Source of the DNA: Alphaproteobacteria bacterium | GTDB taxonomy: Bacteria; Pseudomonadota; Alphaproteobacteria; MPNO01; UBA830 | Assembly (NCBI GenBank): GCA_964291215.2 | Contig: OZ219790.1 | Location: 1,472,001 to 1,536,000, forward strand | Length of the DNA: 64,000 bases | Reading direction: 5' to 3' | Shown: piece by piece, positions 1 to 11,615 of the stretch | Numbering within the stretch: position 1 is the first letter of the stretch | Layout: every line of letters starts with the position of its first letter | The notes under the pieces: generated by a model | Databases searched by the model: none | What the model was told of the DNA's origin: nothing | The model's input: the letters and a program-made list of their open reading frames with translations, nothing else | Position numbers and translations under genes: made by a program

Positions 1-203
1 AACAGCCGCATTTCGGGCGACGGCGTCCAGGCGAACGCCATGAAGCCGGCGAGGAGCCCGAGGAGGACGGATCCCGCGGAATTGACGGCAAACGTCGCCC
101 ACGGATAGGCGCCGCCCCAGAAATGGCCAATGACCGCGCCCGCGAGATAGCGCCCGCTTGCGCCGAGCGCGCCGCCGAGCGCGACCATGAGAACAGCGTT
201 CAT
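1..203 (-). CDS. crcB: Fluoride efflux channel CrcB/FluC (5' part; runs off window)
   Basis: Manual translation MNAVLMVALGGALGASGRYL...YPWATFAVNSAGS matches CrcB GGAxGAxxRY and PxxTxxVN motifs; ATG overlaps rarA stop (ATGA). Confidence 0.9.
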   Translation of the reverse strand, partial: MNAVLMVALGGALGASGRYLAGAVIGHFWGGAYPWATFAVNSAGSVLLGLLAGFMAFAWTPSPEMRL

Positions 204-1513
204 GTTCCGCCCTCCGCGTTCTGCCGGCGGCGGAGTTCCCGCCAGCGCCCGAGGCGCTCCGCCACATCGCTCTCGTAGCCGCGGTCGGTCGGGCGATAGA
301 ACGTGCGCGGCGGAACCGAATCGGGAAAATAGTTCTGGCCCGAAAACGCTCCCCTAGCGTCGTGGTCGTAGTTATAGCCGCTGCCGTAGCCGAGGTCCTT
401 CATCAACCGCGTCGGAGCGTTGAGGATGTGCTTCGGCGGCGCTTCCGATCCGCTCTCGGCGGCTGCCGCCATGGCCTGACCGAAGGCACGGTAGACGGCA
501 TTGGACTTGGGCGCCGTGCCGAGATAGACGACGCACTGGGCGAGCGCGAGTTCGCCCTCGGGCGAGCCGAGCCGCTCATACGCCTCCCAGGCCGAGACTG
601 CCTGGGCAAGCGCCGCGGGATCGGCTAGGCCGACATCCTCGGACGCGAACCTGGTCAGGCGTCGGGCGATGTAGCGCGGATCCTCGCCGCCCGAAAGCAT
701 GCGCGCGAGCCAGTAGAGCGCAGCATCGGGATCGGAGCCGCGAAGCGACTTGTGAAGGGCACTGATCAGGTTGTAGTGGGACTCCTGAGCCTTGTCGTAG
801 AGCGGCACCCGCTTCTGCACGAGTTCAGCGAGCCGGGCCGGATCAACCGCATCGCCAGCGTCGAGGAGCGCCAGCTCCTCGACCATGTTGAGAAGGTAGC
901 GCCCATCGCCGTCGGCCATCGCGCGCAACGCTTCGCGGGCGCCGCCGGCCAACGGAAGACGGCAGCCGAGTTCGCGCTCGGCGCGCGCGAGCATCTCCTC
1001 GAGTGCCGCATCGTCAAGCCGGTGGAGGACAAGTACCTGACAACGCGACAGGAGCGCGCCGTTGAGCTCGAAGGACGGATTCTCGGTAGTGGCACCGACG
1101 AGGGTCACGGTGCCCTCCTCGACATAGGGCAGGAAGCCGTCCTGCTGGGCGCGGTTGAAGCGGTGGATCTCGTCGACGAACAGCAGCGTCCCCTGGCCGC
1201 CGCCGCGGCGGCTGTGCGCAGCCTCGAATATCCGGCGAAGGTCGGCAACACCGGAGAACACCGCGGAAAGCGGCTCGAAATGCATGTCGCTGACGTCGGC
1301 GAGAAGCCGCGCGATCGTGGTCTTGCCCGAGCCCGGCGGCCCCCACAGTACCGTCGAGACGACGCGGCGTGCCGCCGCCATGCGTCCGATCGGACCGTCG
1401 GCCGACAGCAGGTGGTCCTGGCCGAGCACATCGGCGAGGCGTGCCGGCCGCAGGCGATCGGCAAGGGGCCGCGGCGCCTGACTCTCGAAGAAGGTTGGCT
1501 CGTCGCCGGTCAA
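200..1513 (-). CDS. rarA: Replication-associated recombination protein A (RarA/MgsA AAA+ ATPase)
   Basis: PLADRLRP, Walker A WGPPGSGKTT, Walker B LFVDEIHRFN, GATTENPSF, ISALHKSLRGSDPDAA. Confidence 0.96.
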   Translation of the reverse strand: MTGDEPTFFESQAPRPLADRLRPARLADVLGQDHLLSADGPIGRMAAARRVVSTVLWGPPGSGKTTIARLLADVSDMHFEPLSAVFSGVADLRRIFEAAHSRRGGGQGTLLFVDEIHRFNRAQQDGFLPYVEEGTVTLVGATTENPSFELNGALLSRCQVLVLHRLDDAALEEMLARAERELGCRLPLAGGAREALRAMADGDGRYLLNMVEELALLDAGDAVDPARLAELVQKRVPLYDKAQESHYNLISALHKSLRGSDPDAALYWLARMLSGGEDPRYIARRLTRFASEDVGLADPAALAQAVSAWEAYERLGSPEGELALAQCVVYLGTAPKSNAVYRAFGQAMAAAAESGSEAPPKHILNAPTRLMKDLGYGSGYNYDHDARGAFSGQNYFPDSVPPRTFYRPTDRGYESDVAERLGRWRELRRRQNAEGGT

Positions 1514-1517
1514 GGAT

Positions 1518-2954
1518 TCAACCCGGTATCATGACGCTGAGCCGCCGGGCGCCGCGCTCGATCTCGATCCGCCACTGTCCGGCGGGACGTTCCAGGATGC
1601 GAGCGAGATCGCGCACACGGGCGATCCGGCGGCCGTTGACGCCGATCACGATGTCGCGGCGCTCGAAGCCGACGCGGGCCGCCGGCGAGCCGTCGGCGAC
1701 GCCGAGCAAGATGACGCCCGCGCGGGCGGTGTCGAGCGACAGCTCCTCGGCCAGCGCGGGCGAGAGATTCGCGACCTCGGCGCCGGCGAACGGGTTCCGG
1801 CCCCCGAGGAGGGTCACGTTGCGCGGCGGCGCTTCAACCGGCGGCACCAGCGACACGTGAAGCGTCCTGCGCTGTCCCCGGCGCAGGATCTCGAGGCGGG
1901 CGGTGCCTCCGGTCCCGAGCGTCGCGATGCGGAACTTGAGCGCGTTCGCATCGGCGATTTCCCTGCCGTTCACCGACAGCACGACATCGCCCACGCGAAG
2001 GCCGGCGCGCTGTGCGGGGCCACCCTCATGGAGCCGGTTGATCAGCACGCCGACGGCGCGCGAACGCCCCAGCCCCTTTGCGAGCTCGCGGTCGACGCTC
2101 TGGCCGCCGGCGCCGAGCCACGGCCGCACGACCTTGCCGCCCGCAACCGCGGCCCGGATCACCGTCGCCACCATGTTGGACGGGATCGCGAAGCCAATGC
2201 CGTTGGAACCGCCGGCGCGCGAGTAGATCGCCGTGTTGATGCCGGCGAGCCGGCCGTCTCCGGAGATCAGTGCGCCCCCTGAATTGCCGGGGTTGATCGC
2301 CGCGTCGGTCTGGATGAAGAAGCTGAAGTCCGACACGCCGTCGGCGGGACGCGCGAGCGCCGAGACGATACCGCTTGTGACCGTCTGGCCAACGCCGAAG
2401 GGATTGCCGATCGCAAGCACGATGTCGCCGACCTCGAGAGTGTCGGAATCGCGGAGCTCGAGATGGGGCAGCTGCTTGCCGGCGGCGGCGCGCAGCACGG
2501 CGAGGTCGGTACGGCTGTCGCGCACCACGACCTCGGCGCGGAATTCCCGGCGGTCGGCGAGCACGACGCGGATTTCGTCGGCATTCTCGATGACGTGGTC
2601 ATTGGTGACGACCAGCCCGTCGGGGCGGACGATGACGCCCGAGCCGAGGGAATTATGGACGCGTTCGCGGGGCGCGTCGCCGAACGGGTGGACGCCGCCG
2701 AAGAAACGGCGGAAGAACGGGTCGTCGAAAAGTGATCCACCGCGCCGCGCACGGACGCGGCGGGTGGTGTAGATGTTGACGACGGCGGGAGCGGCAGCCT
2801 TGGCGAGCGGCGCGAACGACAGGCCGATTTCGGCGCGCGAGGCGGGCACGCGGGCATCGGTAGCGCCTCCGACCGTGAGCAGGGCCGCACAAAGAAGGTG
2901 CGCCGCGCAGCTGGCGCCGCGGCGCCACGGCCGGTCCCTGCGGAACGTGCCCAT
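1518..2954 (-). CDS. DegP/DegQ (Do family) serine endoprotease with two PDZ domains
   Basis: Signal-like N-terminus, SLGSGVI, VTNDHVI, IQTDAAINPGNSGGAL catalytic motif, PDZ repeats. Confidence 0.93.
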   Translation of the reverse strand: MGTFRRDRPWRRGASCAAHLLCAALLTVGGATDARVPASRAEIGLSFAPLAKAAAPAVVNIYTTRRVRARRGGSLFDDPFFRRFFGGVHPFGDAPRERVHNSLGSGVIVRPDGLVVTNDHVIENADEIRVVLADRREFRAEVVVRDSRTDLAVLRAAAGKQLPHLELRDSDTLEVGDIVLAIGNPFGVGQTVTSGIVSALARPADGVSDFSFFIQTDAAINPGNSGGALISGDGRLAGINTAIYSRAGGSNGIGFAIPSNMVATVIRAAVAGGKVVRPWLGAGGQSVDRELAKGLGRSRAVGVLINRLHEGGPAQRAGLRVGDVVLSVNGREIADANALKFRIATLGTGGTARLEILRRGQRRTLHVSLVPPVEAPPRNVTLLGGRNPFAGAEVANLSPALAEELSLDTARAGVILLGVADGSPAARVGFERRDIVIGVNGRRIARVRDLARILERPAGQWRIEIERGARRLSVMIPG

Positions 2955-2977
2955 GCCTCCTCCGGCACCCGGCTAGA

Positions 2978-3409
2978 TCATGCGGCGGCGTCTTCCCTAG
3001 CGGGCCCGCTGCGCTCGACCGGACCCGAATCCAGGCCCTTTGCGTCCTCGTCGCGATCGACGAGTTCGATGATCGCCATCGGCGCGTTGTCTCCGTACCT
3101 GTAGCCTGCCCGAAGCACCCGGGTATAGCCGCCGGGCCGGTCGCTATAGCGCGGAGCGAGGACGCTGAACAGCTTGTCCGCGAGCTTGCGGTCGCCGTGC
3201 AACCGGGCCACGGCAAGGCGCCGCGCATGCAGGTCGCCGCGCTTGCCCAGCGTGATCAGCCTGTCGACCACGGAGCGCAGTTCCTTTGCCTTGGGCAAGG
3301 TGGTCCTGATCTGCTCGTGCTTGATAAGTGCTGCGGCCATATTGCCGAACATCGCTTTGCGATGGGCGCTGGTACGGTTCAGCTTGCGGCCGCTCATCCG
3401 GTGGCGCAT
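2978..3409 (-). CDS. rplQ: 50S ribosomal protein L17
   Basis: MRHR...[32 protein letters not shown]. Confidence 0.98.
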   Translation of the reverse strand: MRHRMSGRKLNRTSAHRKAMFGNMAAALIKHEQIRTTLPKAKELRSVVDRLITLGKRGDLHARRLAVARLHGDRKLADKLFSVLAPRYSDRPGGYTRVLRAGYRYGDNAPMAIIELVDRDEDAKGLDSGPVERSGPAREDAAA

Positions 3410-3439
3410 TGTCCGCTCCCTCTCTCCGCCTGTCCCTCT

Positions 3440-4453
3440 TCAGAAGGTCTCGTCGAGACTGCCGCCAATCTCCTCGGGCGGCCAGTCGCCACAATCCATG
3501 CCGAGCTCGAGGCCCATGCCGGCAAGCACCTCCTTGATCTCGTTGAGCGACTTCCGTCCGAAGTTCGGGGTCCGCATCATGTCGTGCTCGGTCTTCCTCA
3601 CCAGGTCGCCGATATAGACGATATTGTCGTTCTTGAGACAATTGGCCGAGCGCACCGACAATTCAAGCTCGTCAACCTTGCGCATGAGATGGCGGTTGAA
3701 GCGGGGCTCGACGGTCTCGGCAATCTCCGGGTCGACCTTCGGCTCCTCGAAGTTGATGAACGTCTTGAGCTGGTCCTGAAGGATCAGCGCCGCCTGGGCG
3801 ACAGCATCCTCGGGCGAGATGATGCCGTCGGTCTCAATGTCCATGATCAGCTTGTCGTAGTCGGTGCGCTGGCCGACGCGGGCGTTTTCGACCTTGTAGG
3901 CGACCCGGCGCACCGGGCTGAAAATCGCGTCCACGGGCACGAGTCCGATCGGCCAGTCCTCCTCCCGGCTCTCGGCCGCCGGCACGTAGCCCTTGCCGGT
4001 CTCGACGGTGAGTTCCATCGAGATCTTGGCACCGCGATCAAGCGTACAGATAACCGTGTCGGGATCGACGATCCTGATGTCGTGGCTGGTCTCGATCATG
4101 CCGGCAGTGATTTCGCCGGGTCCGTCGGCCCGCAGCGCGATGCGCTTCCTGTCATCGCCGATCTTGCTCAGCGCCAGCGACTTGATGTTGAGGATTATGT
4201 CGGTCACGTCCTCGCGCACCCCCGGGATGGACGAGAATTCATGCAGCACCCCGTCGATCTCGACGGCGGTGACCGCAGCGCCCTGCAGCGACGACAGCAG
4301 CACGCGCCGCAGCGCGTTGCCGAGCGTCATGCCGAAACCGCGCTCAAGCGGCTCCGCAGTCACCGTCGCGAAGCGCATCGGATCGTCGCCGCCCTGTATG
4401 TTGAGACCGGCAGGCTTGATAAGTTCCTGCACATCCTTGCTGATCACCGTCAT
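3440..4453 (-). CDS. rpoA: RNA polymerase alpha subunit
   Basis: [33 protein letters not shown]; start set at ATG 4453 (MTVISK). Confidence 0.97.
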   Translation of the reverse strand: MTVISKDVQELIKPAGLNIQGGDDPMRFATVTAEPLERGFGMTLGNALRRVLLSSLQGAAVTAVEIDGVLHEFSSIPGVREDVTDIILNIKSLALSKIGDDRKRIALRADGPGEITAGMIETSHDIRIVDPDTVICTLDRGAKISMELTVETGKGYVPAAESREEDWPIGLVPVDAIFSPVRRVAYKVENARVGQRTDYDKLIMDIETDGIISPEDAVAQAALILQDQLKTFINFEEPKVDPEIAETVEPRFNRHLMRKVDELELSVRSANCLKNDNIVYIGDLVRKTEHDMMRTPNFGRKSLNEIKEVLAGMGLELGMDCGDWPPEEIGGSLDETF

Positions 4454-4529
4454 ACAATCATCCTTTCGCGATGGAGTCCGCGAGTTGTCCCCGGGTTCTG
4501 ACCGATGCGCCGCAGGCGGCGCGGCTGCC

Positions 4530-4922
4530 TCAGATGCGGCGGCGCTTCCTCGGCCGGCAGCCATTGTGCGGAATGGGCGTCACGTCGCGGATGGCCGTGA
4601 TCGTGAAGCCGATGGCCTGAAGCGCCCTGAGCGCGGACTCGCGGCCCGAACCCGGGCCCTTGACCTCGACCTCAAGGGTCTTCATGCCGTGTTCCTGGGC
4701 CTTGCGGCCCGCCTCCTCACCGGCCATCTGCGCAGCATAGGGCGTCGATTTGCGCGAGCCCTTGAAGCCCTGCGAGCCTGCCGACGACCACGCGATCACG
4801 TTGCCCTGGACATCGGCAATCGTGATCATGGTGTTGTTGAAGGTCGCGTTCACATGCGCGACGCCGGCGGTGATGTTCTTGCGCTCGCGTCTGCGGACGC
4901 GGCCCTGTGTCTGTCTCGCCAT
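4530..4922 (-). CDS. rpsK: 30S ribosomal protein S11
   Basis: [32 protein letters not shown]. Confidence 0.98.
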   Translation of the reverse strand: MARQTQGRVRRRERKNITAGVAHVNATFNNTMITIADVQGNVIAWSSAGSQGFKGSRKSTPYAAQMAGEEAGRKAQEHGMKTLEVEVKGPGSGRESALRALQAIGFTITAIRDVTPIPHNGCRPRKRRRI

Positions 4923-4943
4923 CGTGCTCTCCGTAGCCCGCGA

Positions 4944-5306
4944 TCATCTCTTGCCGGCGATCGGCCGCGCGCGCCCCTTGCGGGTGCGCGCGTTGGTATG
5001 GGTGCGCTGGCCCCTGACCGGCAGGCCGCGGCGGTGGCGGAGACCGCGGTAGCAGCCGAGATCCATGAGGCGCTTGATGTTCATCGCCATCTCGCGGCGC
5101 AGGTCGCCCTCGACGACCCATTCGCGATCGATGACCTCGCGGATGCGCGCGAGCTCGTCGTCGCCGAGGTCGTTGGCCCGGACATTGCCCGGAACGTTGG
5201 CGCGGTCGCAAATGGTGACCGCCGTCGACCGGCCTATGCCGTAAATGTAGGTCAGCGCAATTTCCACCGGCTTGTTGGGCAGGTTAACGCCCGATATGCG
5301 TGCCAC
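4944..5306 (-). CDS. rpsM: 30S ribosomal protein S13
   Basis: GTG start 5306 (ARISGVNLP), [35 protein letters not shown]. Confidence 0.97.
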   Translation of the reverse strand: MARISGVNLPNKPVEIALTYIYGIGRSTAVTICDRANVPGNVRANDLGDDELARIREVIDREWVVEGDLRREMAMNIKRLMDLGCYRGLRHRRGLPVRGQRTHTNARTRKGRARPIAGKR

Positions 5307-5384
5307 GACGCTATCTCCCGAGTTTCTGGGTTCCGATCTGAAGAAGGGACTGGTCTGCGGACCGCCTCGCGCCGCGCCCGTGCG

Positions 5385-5414
5385 AGTATAGCATGGCTGC
5401 CGCAGCTGCGTCAA
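5385..5414 (-). promoter_or_regulatory. Sigma70-type promoter of the rpsM-rpsK-rpoA-rplQ operon
   Basis: Minus strand TTGACG-N18-TATACT upstream of rpsM; -35 overlaps adk stop. Confidence 0.6.
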
Positions 5415-6067
5415 ACATCACCGGCCTCCACGATGGCAGCGATCTGGCGCTTCACCTCGTCGATCGACGCCATGCCGTCGACCGTCGCGAGAGCGCCGCG
5501 CGCGCGATAGTAGGGCAGCAGAGGCGCCGTCTGGTCATGATAGGCGGCGAGCCGGGTCTTCACGGTCTCCGCATTGTCATCCTTGCGGCGCGAGAACTCG
5601 ATGCTGCCGCAGCTGTCGCACACGCCCTCGGTGCGCGGCCGGCGGTGACGATCGTGATAGCCGGCGCCACAGGCGGCACAGCTGAAACGCCCGGAGATGC
5701 GGTCGACAAGCGCGTCGTCGTCGACCCGCATCTCGATCACGCGGTCGAGACAGCGGCCCTCCTGTGCGAGCATGCTGTCAAGTCCCTCGGCCTGCGCGAC
5801 AGTGCGCGGAAAGCCGTCGAGGATGAAGCCGCGCGCGCAATCTGAGCGGCCGATGCGTTCACCGATCATCGCGATCATGATGTCGTCCGAGACCAGTTCG
5901 CCGCGCTCCATGACCGCCTTGGCGCGGCACCCGATCTCGCTGCCCGACGCCACCGCGCTCCGCAGCATGTCACCGGTCGAAAGCCAAGCAAGGCCGTGGC
6001 CCTCCTCGAGTTCCTTCGCCTGCGTGCCCTTGCCGGCACCCGGCGGCCCCAGGAGTATGAGGTTCAT
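5411..6067 (-). CDS. adk: Adenylate kinase (4-Cys zinc LID type)
   Basis: [30 protein letters not shown]...CDSC LID; start ATG 6067. Confidence 0.97.
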   Translation of the reverse strand: MNLILLGPPGAGKGTQAKELEEGHGLAWLSTGDMLRSAVASGSEIGCRAKAVMERGELVSDDIMIAMIGERIGRSDCARGFILDGFPRTVAQAEGLDSMLAQEGRCLDRVIEMRVDDDALVDRISGRFSCAACGAGYHDRHRRPRTEGVCDSCGSIEFSRRKDDNAETVKTRLAAYHDQTAPLLPYYRARGALATVDGMASIDEVKRQIAAIVEAGDV

Positions 6068-7407
6068 CGCCGCCGCCCCCTGAGCCGCGATTTGCGCACC
6101 AGCCCTTCGTACTGGTGGGCGATCAGGTGCGACTGCACCTGGGCCACGGTATCGATGGTCACCGTCACCACGATCAGGAGGCTCGTCCCCCCGAAATAGA
6201 ACGGCACCGCGTATTGCGAGATCAGGATCTCTGGCAGGATGCTGATGGCGGTCAGATAGGCGGCGCCGACCACCGTGAGCCGCGTCAGCACGTGATCGAG
6301 ATACTCGGCCGTATTGCGCCCCGGGCGGATGCCGGGGATGAACCCGCCATACTTGCGCAGGTTGTCCGCGGTTTCGGTGGGGTTGAAGACCACCGAGGTG
6401 TAGAAGAAGGCGAAGAACGCGATCAGGGCGCCGTAGATGAAGAGATACCCGGCCTGGCCGCGCCCGAGATAGGCAGTCACGGCGCCAAGCCACTCGGGTC
6501 CCGAGTTCGCGGAGAAGCTGGCTACCGTGATCGGCAGCAGCAGCAGCGAGCTTGCGAAGATCGGCGGGATAACGCCTGCGGTGTTGACCTTGAGCGGAAT
6601 GTGGCTGCTCTCGCCGCCGAACATGCGGTTGCCCTGCTGGCGCTTGGGGTACTGCACGACAACCCGGCGCTGGGCGCGCTCGACGAAAACGATGAAGGTG
6701 ACGACCACAAGCGCGAGCACCAACAGGAACAGGATGACGAGGCCGGAGAGCGCACCGGTGCGCCCGAGCTCGAGGGTGCCTGCAAGCGCCGCCGGCAGGT
6801 TGGCGACGATCCCGGCGAAGATGATCAGCGAGATGCCGTTGCCGACGCCGCGCGCGGTGATCTGCTCGCCGAGCCACATCAGAAAGATGGTGCCGCCGAC
6901 CAGCGTGATAACCGTGGTCGCGCGGAAGAACATGCCCGGGTCGATGACCGCCGAGCCCTGCTGTCCGGTCGTGCCCTCGAGCCCGACGGCGATGCCGTAG
7001 GCCTGGAGCGCAGCGAGCAGCACGGTGCCGTAGCGCGTGTACTGGTTGAGCTTCTTGCGCCCGACCTCGCCTTCCTTCTTGAGCGCTTCGAAATGCGGGT
7101 GGATCGCCTGCAGGAGCTGCATGATGATCGCCGCCGAGATGTAGGGCATGATATTCAGGGCGAAGATCGTCATGCGCCCGAACGCGCCACCGGCGAACAT
7201 GTCGAACATGCCGAGGATGCCGCCAGCCTGCTGGCGGAAGATGTCCTCAAGGATGGCGGGGTCGATTCCGGGCAGCGGAATCCAAGTGCCGAGGCGGTAG
7301 ATGATCAGCGCCCCGAGGGTGAACCAGATCCGCTTCTTGAGCTCGGTTGCCTTCGCCAGATTGGAGAAGCTGATTTGGGATGCGAGCTGTTCGGCCGCCG
7401 ATGCCAT
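6064..7407 (-). CDS. secY: Preprotein translocase subunit SecY
   Basis: IFALNIMPYISAAII, WLGEQITARGVGNGISLIIF, GGTSLLIVV. Confidence 0.98.
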   Translation of the reverse strand: MASAAEQLASQISFSNLAKATELKKRIWFTLGALIIYRLGTWIPLPGIDPAILEDIFRQQAGGILGMFDMFAGGAFGRMTIFALNIMPYISAAIIMQLLQAIHPHFEALKKEGEVGRKKLNQYTRYGTVLLAALQAYGIAVGLEGTTGQQGSAVIDPGMFFRATTVITLVGGTIFLMWLGEQITARGVGNGISLIIFAGIVANLPAALAGTLELGRTGALSGLVILFLLVLALVVVTFIVFVERAQRRVVVQYPKRQQGNRMFGGESSHIPLKVNTAGVIPPIFASSLLLLPITVASFSANSGPEWLGAVTAYLGRGQAGYLFIYGALIAFFAFFYTSVVFNPTETADNLRKYGGFIPGIRPGRNTAEYLDHVLTRLTVVGAAYLTAISILPEILISQYAVPFYFGGTSLLIVVTVTIDTVAQVQSHLIAHQYEGLVRKSRLRGRRR

Positions 7408-7410
7408 TGC

Positions 7411-7923
7411 TCAGCCGTCCTCGGACGCCGGCGTCCCGCTGCCGTTCGCACCGGATTTCTGCGCCGGCGCCGCAACCGTGATCCGGCCGCCGGCCTTCTC
7501 GACCGCGGCCACCGCGCTCTTCGAGGCGCCGGCGACGGTGATCTCCAGGCTGGCCGTGATCTCGCCACCGCCGAGCAGCCGCACGCCGTCGCGCACCGAC
7601 TTGATGACGCCGGCGGCGACCAGCGCCCCGGCGTCGACGGGCTGGTCCGCATCGAGCCGGCCGGCATCGACGGCCTGCTGCAGGCGCCCGACATTGACCG
7701 CGCGGTAGCGCTTGCGGGAGATGTTGGTGAAGCCTGACTTGGGCAGCCGGCGGTGGAGCGGCATCTGCCCGCCCTCGAAACCGAGCAGCGACACGCCGCT
7801 GCGCGATTTCTGGCCCTTGTGCCCGCGCGTCGCGGTCTTGCCGGTGCCCGAGCCAATGCCGCGGCCAACCCGCTTGCGGGGCGTACGCGCCCCAAGCCGG
7901 CCGGAGAGTTCGTTGAGGCGCAT
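7411..7923 (-). CDS. rplO: 50S ribosomal protein L15
   Basis: [27 protein letters not shown]. Confidence 0.97.
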   Translation of the reverse strand: MRLNELSGRLGARTPRKRVGRGIGSGTGKTATRGHKGQKSRSGVSLLGFEGGQMPLHRRLPKSGFTNISRKRYRAVNVGRLQQAVDAGRLDADQPVDAGALVAAGVIKSVRDGVRLLGGGEITASLEITVAGASKSAVAAVEKAGGRITVAAPAQKSGANGSGTPASEDG

Positions 7924-7964
7924 TGCCTGTCTCCCGAAACGCCGCGCGCTGGTGCCGCGCCGCG

Positions 7965-8153
7965 CTACTGGTCCTCGACCCGGACGAGGTGCCGGATCTT
8001 GTTGATCATGCCGCGCACTGCGGGCGTGTCCTCGAGCTCACGCGTGCGCCGGAGCCTGTTGAGCCCGAGCCCGGCGAGCGTCGCGCGCTGATCCCGCGGG
8101 CGCCCGATGCCGCTCCGCACCTGGGTGACGCGCAGGGTCTTGCGTCCGGCCAT
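7965..8153 (-). CDS. rpmD: 50S ribosomal protein L30
   Basis: [14 protein letters not shown]...LGL...[16 protein letters not shown]; position between rpsE and rplO. Confidence 0.95.
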   Translation of the reverse strand: MAGRKTLRVTQVRSGIGRPRDQRATLAGLGLNRLRRTRELEDTPAVRGMINKIRHLVRVEDQ

Positions 8154-8157
8154 GATG

Positions 8158-8709
8158 CTAGCCCTCGGCCTGGCTGCCATCGCGCTGCGACCAGATCTCC
8201 GAGACCTTGCGACCACGGCGGGCGGCGACGTTGCGCGGCGATTCCATGCTGGCCAGGGCCTGAAAGGTTGCCTTGACCATGTTGTAGGGGTTCTGGGTGC
8301 CGAGCGACTTGGCGACGACATCCTGCACGCCGAGGCTCTCGAAAACGGCACGCATCGGTCCGCCGGCGATGATTCCGGTGCCCGGCGGCGCCGTGCGCAG
8401 CACCACCCGGCCGGCGCCGTAGCGCCCCTGCACATCGTGGTGCAGCGCGCGCCCCTCGCGCAGCGGCACCCGCACGATGCTGCGCTTCGCCTTCTCGGTG
8501 CCCTTGCGGATCGCCTCGGGAACCTCGCGCGCCTTGCCAACGCCGTAGCCGACCCGGCCTTTCTGGTCGCCGACGACGACGAGCGCGGCGAAGCCGAAAC
8601 GGCGGCCGCCCTTGACCACCTTGGCGACGCGGTTGATGCTGACCAGCCGGTCGACGAGGTCGCTTCGTTCCTCGGGCTGTTCGCGGCCCCGCCGCGGGTT
8701 ACGTGCCAT
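8158..8709 (-). CDS. rpsE: 30S ribosomal protein S5
   Basis: [32 protein letters not shown]. Confidence 0.98.
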   Translation of the reverse strand: MARNPRRGREQPEERSDLVDRLVSINRVAKVVKGGRRFGFAALVVVGDQKGRVGYGVGKAREVPEAIRKGTEKAKRSIVRVPLREGRALHHDVQGRYGAGRVVLRTAPPGTGIIAGGPMRAVFESLGVQDVVAKSLGTQNPYNMVKATFQALASMESPRNVAARRGRKVSEIWSQRDGSQAEG

Positions 8710-8720
8710 CGGTCACTCCC

Positions 8721-9071
8721 CTAGAATACCAGCCCGGCCTCGCGGGCTGCCTCAGCCAGCGCCCTGACGCGGCCGTGATACAGATAGGCGCCGCGATCGA
8801 ACACGACCTCGCGCAGGCCCCTGTCGACGGCGCGTTCCGCGACGAGACGCCCTATCGCGACTGCGGCTTCGCGGCCCGGCGCGCCCGCGACCGCCTCCTC
8901 GAGGGAGGATGCAGCGGCCAGCGTTTCGCCACGCGAATCGTCGATGACCTGAGCGTAGATGTGCCGGTTCGACCTGAACACCGACAGGCGCGGGCGCGCG
9001 TTCGGTGTCCGGCGGATGCGGCGGCGCACGCGGCCCTGCCGGCGCACCCTCAACTGGTGTTGGACGGTCAT
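8721..9071 (-). CDS. rplR: 50S ribosomal protein L18
   Basis: [34 protein letters not shown]; start ATG 9071. Confidence 0.97.
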   Translation of the reverse strand: MTVQHQLRVRRQGRVRRRIRRTPNARPRLSVFRSNRHIYAQVIDDSRGETLAAASSLEEAVAGAPGREAAVAIGRLVAERAVDRGLREVVFDRGAYLYHGRVRALAEAAREAGLVF

Positions 9072-9073
9072 GG

Positions 9074-9607
9074 CTATTTCTTCTTGCCTTCCTTGCGCAG
9101 GACGTGTTCGCCAACATAGCGCACGCCCTTGCCCTTGTAGGGTTCGGGTTTGCGGAAGCCGCGGATCTCGGCCGCGACCTGCCCGATCTTCTGGCGATCG
9201 ATGCCCGAGACGGTGATCTCGGTCTGGGTCGGCGTCTCGATGGTGATCCCGTCGGGCACCGGATAACGGATCTCGTGGCTGTAGCCGAGCTGCAGCACGA
9301 GTTCGCGGTCCTGCATCTGGGCACGGTAGCCGACGCCGACGATCTGCAGCTTCTTCTCGAAGCCCTTCGAGACGCCAACGACGAGGTTGTCCACGAGGCT
9401 CCGCGTCGTGCCCCACATCGCGCGCGCGCGCTTGCCCGGACCGGCGGGGCGCACGCGGACGGCGCCGTCCCCGCTCTCGACCTCGACCAGCCGGTCGATG
9501 TTCATCGTCAACTCGCCAAGCTTGCCGACAACCGTCATGGCGCCGTTCTCGATACGGACATCCACGCCTTCCGGGATCTCGACCGGCGACTGGCCAACTC
9601 GCGACAT
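9074..9607 (-). CDS. rplF: 50S ribosomal protein L6
   Basis: [22 protein letters not shown]. Confidence 0.98.
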   Translation of the reverse strand: MSRVGQSPVEIPEGVDVRIENGAMTVVGKLGELTMNIDRLVEVESGDGAVRVRPAGPGKRARAMWGTTRSLVDNLVVGVSKGFEKKLQIVGVGYRAQMQDRELVLQLGYSHEIRYPVPDGITIETPTQTEITVSGIDRQKIGQVAAEIRGFRKPEPYKGKGVRYVGEHVLRKEGKKK

Positions 9608-9622
9608 CGGACGCCTCCGTTC

Positions 9623-10021
9623 CTAGAATACTTCGCAGATGACTTCGCCGCCGACGCGCGCAGCGCGCGCCTCGCTGTCCGACATGACGCCGGCGGGCGT
9701 GGACAGGATCGAGATCCCGAGGCCGTTATAGATGCGCGGCAGGTCCCTGATCTTGAAGTAAACCCGGCGCCCCGGCTTCGAGACGCGCTGGATGTGGCGG
9801 ATGACGGGCGAGCCGCCGTGATACTTGAGTTCGATGCGGAGCTGCGTGATGGTCGGCTTTATCTCCTCGACCTGATAGCCGCGGATGTAGCCTTCGCGCT
9901 TGAGCACATCGAGCACGCCGACCCGCATCTTCGAACCCGGCGAGGTCACGGCGGCCTTCTTCGCCCGCTGGCCATTGCGGATACGGGTCAACAGATCGGC
10001 GATGGGATCCGTCATGGTCAT
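9623..10021 (-). CDS. rpsH: 30S ribosomal protein S8
   Basis: [29 protein letters not shown]. Confidence 0.98.
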   Translation of the reverse strand: MTMTDPIADLLTRIRNGQRAKKAAVTSPGSKMRVGVLDVLKREGYIRGYQVEEIKPTITQLRIELKYHGGSPVIRHIQRVSKPGRRVYFKIRDLPRIYNGLGISILSTPAGVMSDSEARAARVGGEVICEVF

Positions 10022-10032
10022 GCCTGCCCCTC

Positions 10033-10338
10033 CTACCAGCTCGACTTCACCATCCCCGGGATCTGGCCCAGCGAGGCCAGTTCTCTCAGGGTGATGCGCG
10101 ACATCCGGAACTTGCGGTAGGTGCCGCGCGGGCGCCCGGTGATCTCGCAGCGGTTGCCGACGCGCACGGGCGACGAGTTGCGCGGCAGCTTCGCAAGCTT
10201 GAGACGCGCCTGGAAGCGCTCGTCCATCGCCAGCGAGCGGTCCTCGGCCATCGCCTTCAACTGCGCCCGCTTGGCGGCGTATTTGCGCATCAGGCGCTGC
10301 CTCTTGCGGTTGCGTTCAATGACGCTTTTCTTAGCCAT
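10033..10338 (-). CDS. rpsN: 30S ribosomal protein S14 (long, zinc-free type)
   Basis: [32 protein letters not shown]. Confidence 0.98.
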   Translation of the reverse strand: MAKKSVIERNRKRQRLMRKYAAKRAQLKAMAEDRSLAMDERFQARLKLAKLPRNSSPVRVGNRCEITGRPRGTYRKFRMSRITLRELASLGQIPGMVKSSW

Positions 10339-10356
10339 GACGCCCCTCCTGGTCCA

Positions 10357-10899
10357 TCAGCCGGTGAACGGAAAATCGAGCCCGCCGAGCAGCGCCCGCG
10401 CCTGCGCGTCGTCGGGCGCGGTGGTGCATACAACGATGTCCATGCCGCGGAACTCATCGACCGAATCGTAGTCGATTTCTGGAAACACGATCTGCTCGCG
10501 CAAGCCAAGCGCGTAGTTGCCACGGCCGTCGAAGCTCCGCGGCGACAGGCCGCGGAAATCGCGCACGCGCGGCAGCGCGATATTGACCAGCCGATCGACG
10601 AACTCGTACATGCGCTGGCGCCTGAGCGTGACCTTGACGCCGATGGGCATGCCCTCGCGCAGCTTGAAGGCAGCCACCGAGCGCCGCGCCCGGATGATGA
10701 CGGGCTTCTGGCCGGCGATCGCCGCCATGTCCTTGGCGGCGCTGTCGGCCTTCTTGGAATCGCCGATCGCCTCGCCGACGCCCATGTTGATGACGACCTT
10801 GTCGAGGCGCGGCACCTGCATCGAGTTGGCATAGCCGAACTCGGTGCGGAGCGCATCGCGGACCGTGGTCTGATAGTGTTCCTGGAGGCGCGGAATCAT
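10357..10899 (-). CDS. rplE: 50S ribosomal protein L5
   Basis: [33 protein letters not shown]. Confidence 0.98.
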   Translation of the reverse strand: MIPRLQEHYQTTVRDALRTEFGYANSMQVPRLDKVVINMGVGEAIGDSKKADSAAKDMAAIAGQKPVIIRARRSVAAFKLREGMPIGVKVTLRRQRMYEFVDRLVNIALPRVRDFRGLSPRSFDGRGNYALGLREQIVFPEIDYDSVDEFRGMDIVVCTTAPDDAQARALLGGLDFPFTG

Positions 10900-10908
10900 G
10901 GTTCGTCC

Positions 10909-11223
10909 TCAGTCGAGCACTTCGCCGGACCGCCGGGCAAAGCGCACCTTGCGGCCGTCCTCGAGCAGGCGGAAGCCGACACGCGTCGGCTTGTCGTCGC
11001 CGGGGTCGGCGAGCGCCAGGTTCGAGAGGTGGATCGGGGCCTCCTTGCGCACCTTCCCGCCGTGCTGGCTCTGGGTCGGGCGGTAATGGCGGACCACCAT
11101 GTGGACATTGCTGACGAGGGCGCGGCCCTCGTCAGGCATGACTCGAAGCACGGTGCCCCGCTGTCCCTTGTCGCGTCCCGAGATCACCACGACCTCGTCG
11201 CCCTTGCGTATGCGTGCTGCCAT
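10909..11223 (-). CDS. rplX: 50S ribosomal protein L24
   Basis: [19 protein letters not shown] motif, EAPIHLSN; start ATG 11223. Confidence 0.97.
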   Translation of the reverse strand: MAARIRKGDEVVVISGRDKGQRGTVLRVMPDEGRALVSNVHMVVRHYRPTQSQHGGKVRKEAPIHLSNLALADPGDDKPTRVGFRLLEDGRKVRFARRSGEVLD

Positions 11224-11246
11224 TGTCCTTTCCCCGCCGCCGGCCC

Positions 11247-11615
11247 TCAGAGGACCTCCGGCGCCAGCGAGATGATTTTCATGTAGCGCTTGGCGCGCAG
11301 TTCGCGCGTCACCGGTCCGAAGATCCGGGTGCCGACAGGCTCGTCGGCGTTGTTGAGCAGCACCGCCGCGTTGCGGTCGAAGCGGATCGAGGTGCCGTCC
11401 TCGCGGAAGATCTCCTTGGCCGTGCGCACGATGACGGCGCGGTGGACATCGCCCTTCCTGACGCGGCCGCGCGGGATCGCGCCCTTGACCGAGACGATGA
11501 TGACGTCGCCCACGGTGGCCCAGCGCCGCTTCGAACCGCCAAGGATGCGGATGCACTGCACGCGGCGCGCACCCGAATTGTCGGCGACTTCCAGATTAGT
11601 CTCCGGAATGATCAT
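11247..11615 (-). CDS. rplN: 50S ribosomal protein L14
   Basis: [28 protein letters not shown]; start ATG 11615. Confidence 0.98.
   Translation of the reverse strand: MIIPETNLEVADNSGARRVQCIRILGGSKRRWATVGDVIIVSVKGAIPRGRVRKGDVHRAVIVRTAKEIFREDGTSIRFDRNAAVLLNNADEPVGTRIFGPVTRELRAKRYMKIISLAPEVL

Noticed and set aside
4530-7407. Absence of rpsD, rpmJ, infA and map from the spc/alpha region
   Set aside because: Normal arrangement in Alphaproteobacteria.
11596-11615. 20-nt overlap between rpsQ and rplN
   Set aside because: A short C-terminal extension of S17; both genes are intact.
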